DNA from: Ignavibacteriales bacterium
Lineage (GTDB): Bacteria > Bacteroidota > Ignavibacteria > UBA10030 > UBA6906
NCBI GenBank assembly: GCA_037441705.1
Contig: JBBIRR010000027.1
Coordinates: forward strand, 1-56,193
Direction: 5' to 3'
Length of the DNA: 56,193 nucleotides
Both the position numbers and the translations under genes were made by a program. Positions within the stretch are counted from its first letter, which is position 1; the number at the start of each line of letters is the position of its first letter. The notes under the pieces were generated by a model that saw only the letters and a list, made by a program, of their open reading frames with translations, was not told where the DNA came from and made no database searches. Below, one piece after another: positions 55,557-56,193 of the stretch.

Positions 55557-56024
55557 ATGCTCAATGTGGTGATACAATACAGCCTTTCAACTCCTCAAGT
55601 AGTAACCCTGAAGATCTTTGACCCCTTTGACAGGGAGGTGGCTGCACCAATAAGCGGTGTACAACAACCAGCAGGGGTTCATTCCATACGGTTCGCGGAC
55701 TCATCATTTACTAACGCCGTGTATTCGTACAAATTGCAGACGGGCGATTCTCTGCGTCTGGGGCCATTCTACATCCGAGATGATGACACTGCCCGCTTGC
55801 AACAGAAAAGGCCGCTGACTCTCTCCGACCAGGCAGGACAGTTCTTCTTGAGTCCGAAAGTGCTTCGCATCGGGAGATCATTTCAAAGACAGTTCACGAC
55901 CGAAACGATCTCAGATTCGATTTCTGTCGTCCTTGTTAAGAGGAATTACAGAACGCTGGTCCAATCGTTTCGGTTAAATATTACCAAACCAACCGATAGA
56001 ACCTTTACTCTCGAACCGAACTGA
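55557..56024 (+). CDS. FlgD/CTD-like Ig-domain fragment, probably an N-terminally truncated gene
   Basis: IQYSLSTPQVVTLKIFD...Q.AGVHSIRF....NAVYSYKL. No signal peptide or clear RBS. Confidence 0.5.
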   Translation: MLNVVIQYSLSTPQVVTLKIFDPFDREVAAPISGVQQPAGVHSIRFADSSFTNAVYSYKLQTGDSLRLGPFYIRDDDTARLQQKRPLTLSDQAGQFFLSPKVLRIGRSFQRQFTTETISDSISVVLVKRNYRTLVQSFRLNITKPTDRTFTLEPN

Positions 56025-56070
56025 TGTCGCTACACGCGAGATAACTTCAGCAGCCCGACCCATCCAACAG

Positions 56071-56114
56071 CGAGCAATCAAGGGCAGGCTGCACCGCCTG
56101 CCGCTTGGTTGTTC
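56071..56114 (+). terminator. Long RNA hairpin after 56024
   Basis: GAGCAATCAAG-GGCAGGC / GCCTGCC-G-CTTGGTTGTTC with G-U pairs. Confidence 0.45.
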
Positions 56115-56193
56115 TATTCAGCATTGTTACTTTTGCGTCATCTCCTTCGGCTGCACGGAGAGATCGGGACGAATCCTTCCGTTGTGTGTGTCG

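Larger units (their letters stand above)
48540..56193. mobile_element. AT-richer accessory island (boundaries approximate; no integrase in window)
   Basis: Abrupt codon/GC shift; spot counts give 36/60 GC at 47041-47100 vs 22/60 at 49381-49440. Content is hypothetical and defence-like genes and remnants. Confidence 0.6.

Overview
Bacterial chromosomal window of high GC, most likely Ignavibacteria-like Bacteroidota/Chlorobi-group. That call is inferred from two proteins with NYPNPFNP T9SS C-terminal sorting domains and a TAnnTTTG-type -7 element at rpmB. In order, it contains: (1) the 3' end of a surface-polysaccharide locus (CapD-type dehydratase, O-antigen ligase); (2) a hydrogen-oxidation island: a sigma54 activator without a sensor domain, a HypC-like mini-ORF, a group 1a-like Cys-type [NiFe] hydrogenase, one maturation protease, an O2-tolerant group 1d [NiFe] hydrogenase with cytochrome b, and a CX4CH lipoprotein cytochrome; two of its promoters share a near-identical tandem-UAS plus sigma54 layout; (3) housekeeping rpmB-pgsA-pgpA-cinA-thpR-recA-(inserted nucleotidyltransferase)-recX-exonuclease; (4) an ars operon (arsR-arsM-arsN2-orf-arsC); (5) a korDABC-type 2-oxoacid:ferredoxin oxidoreductase; (6) two T9SS cargo proteins; (7) a CuA lipoprotein, Ni/Co transporter, ECF sigma with cupin anti-sigma, YyaL and arfB; (8) a six-gene accessory operon with a metallophosphoesterase and a secreted tandem prokaryotic-YEATS protein; (9) a TetR-TolC-MFP-RND efflux operon; (10) from about 48.5 kb, an AT-richer island. 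The island holds a four-gene operon: multi-TM protein, membrane-anchored tandem vWA protein, MotA/ZorA-like protein with a long repeat coiled-coil tail, and MotB/ZorB-like protein with Glu and no OmpA domain. This operon is the best candidate for an undescribed Zorya-like membrane motor or defence system. It is followed by an XRE-XRE-GIY-YIG gene whose YVG motif is displaced by compensating indels. No rRNA, convincing tRNA, CRISPR array, transposase or integrase was seen. All assignments are by eye from motifs; no searches were run.
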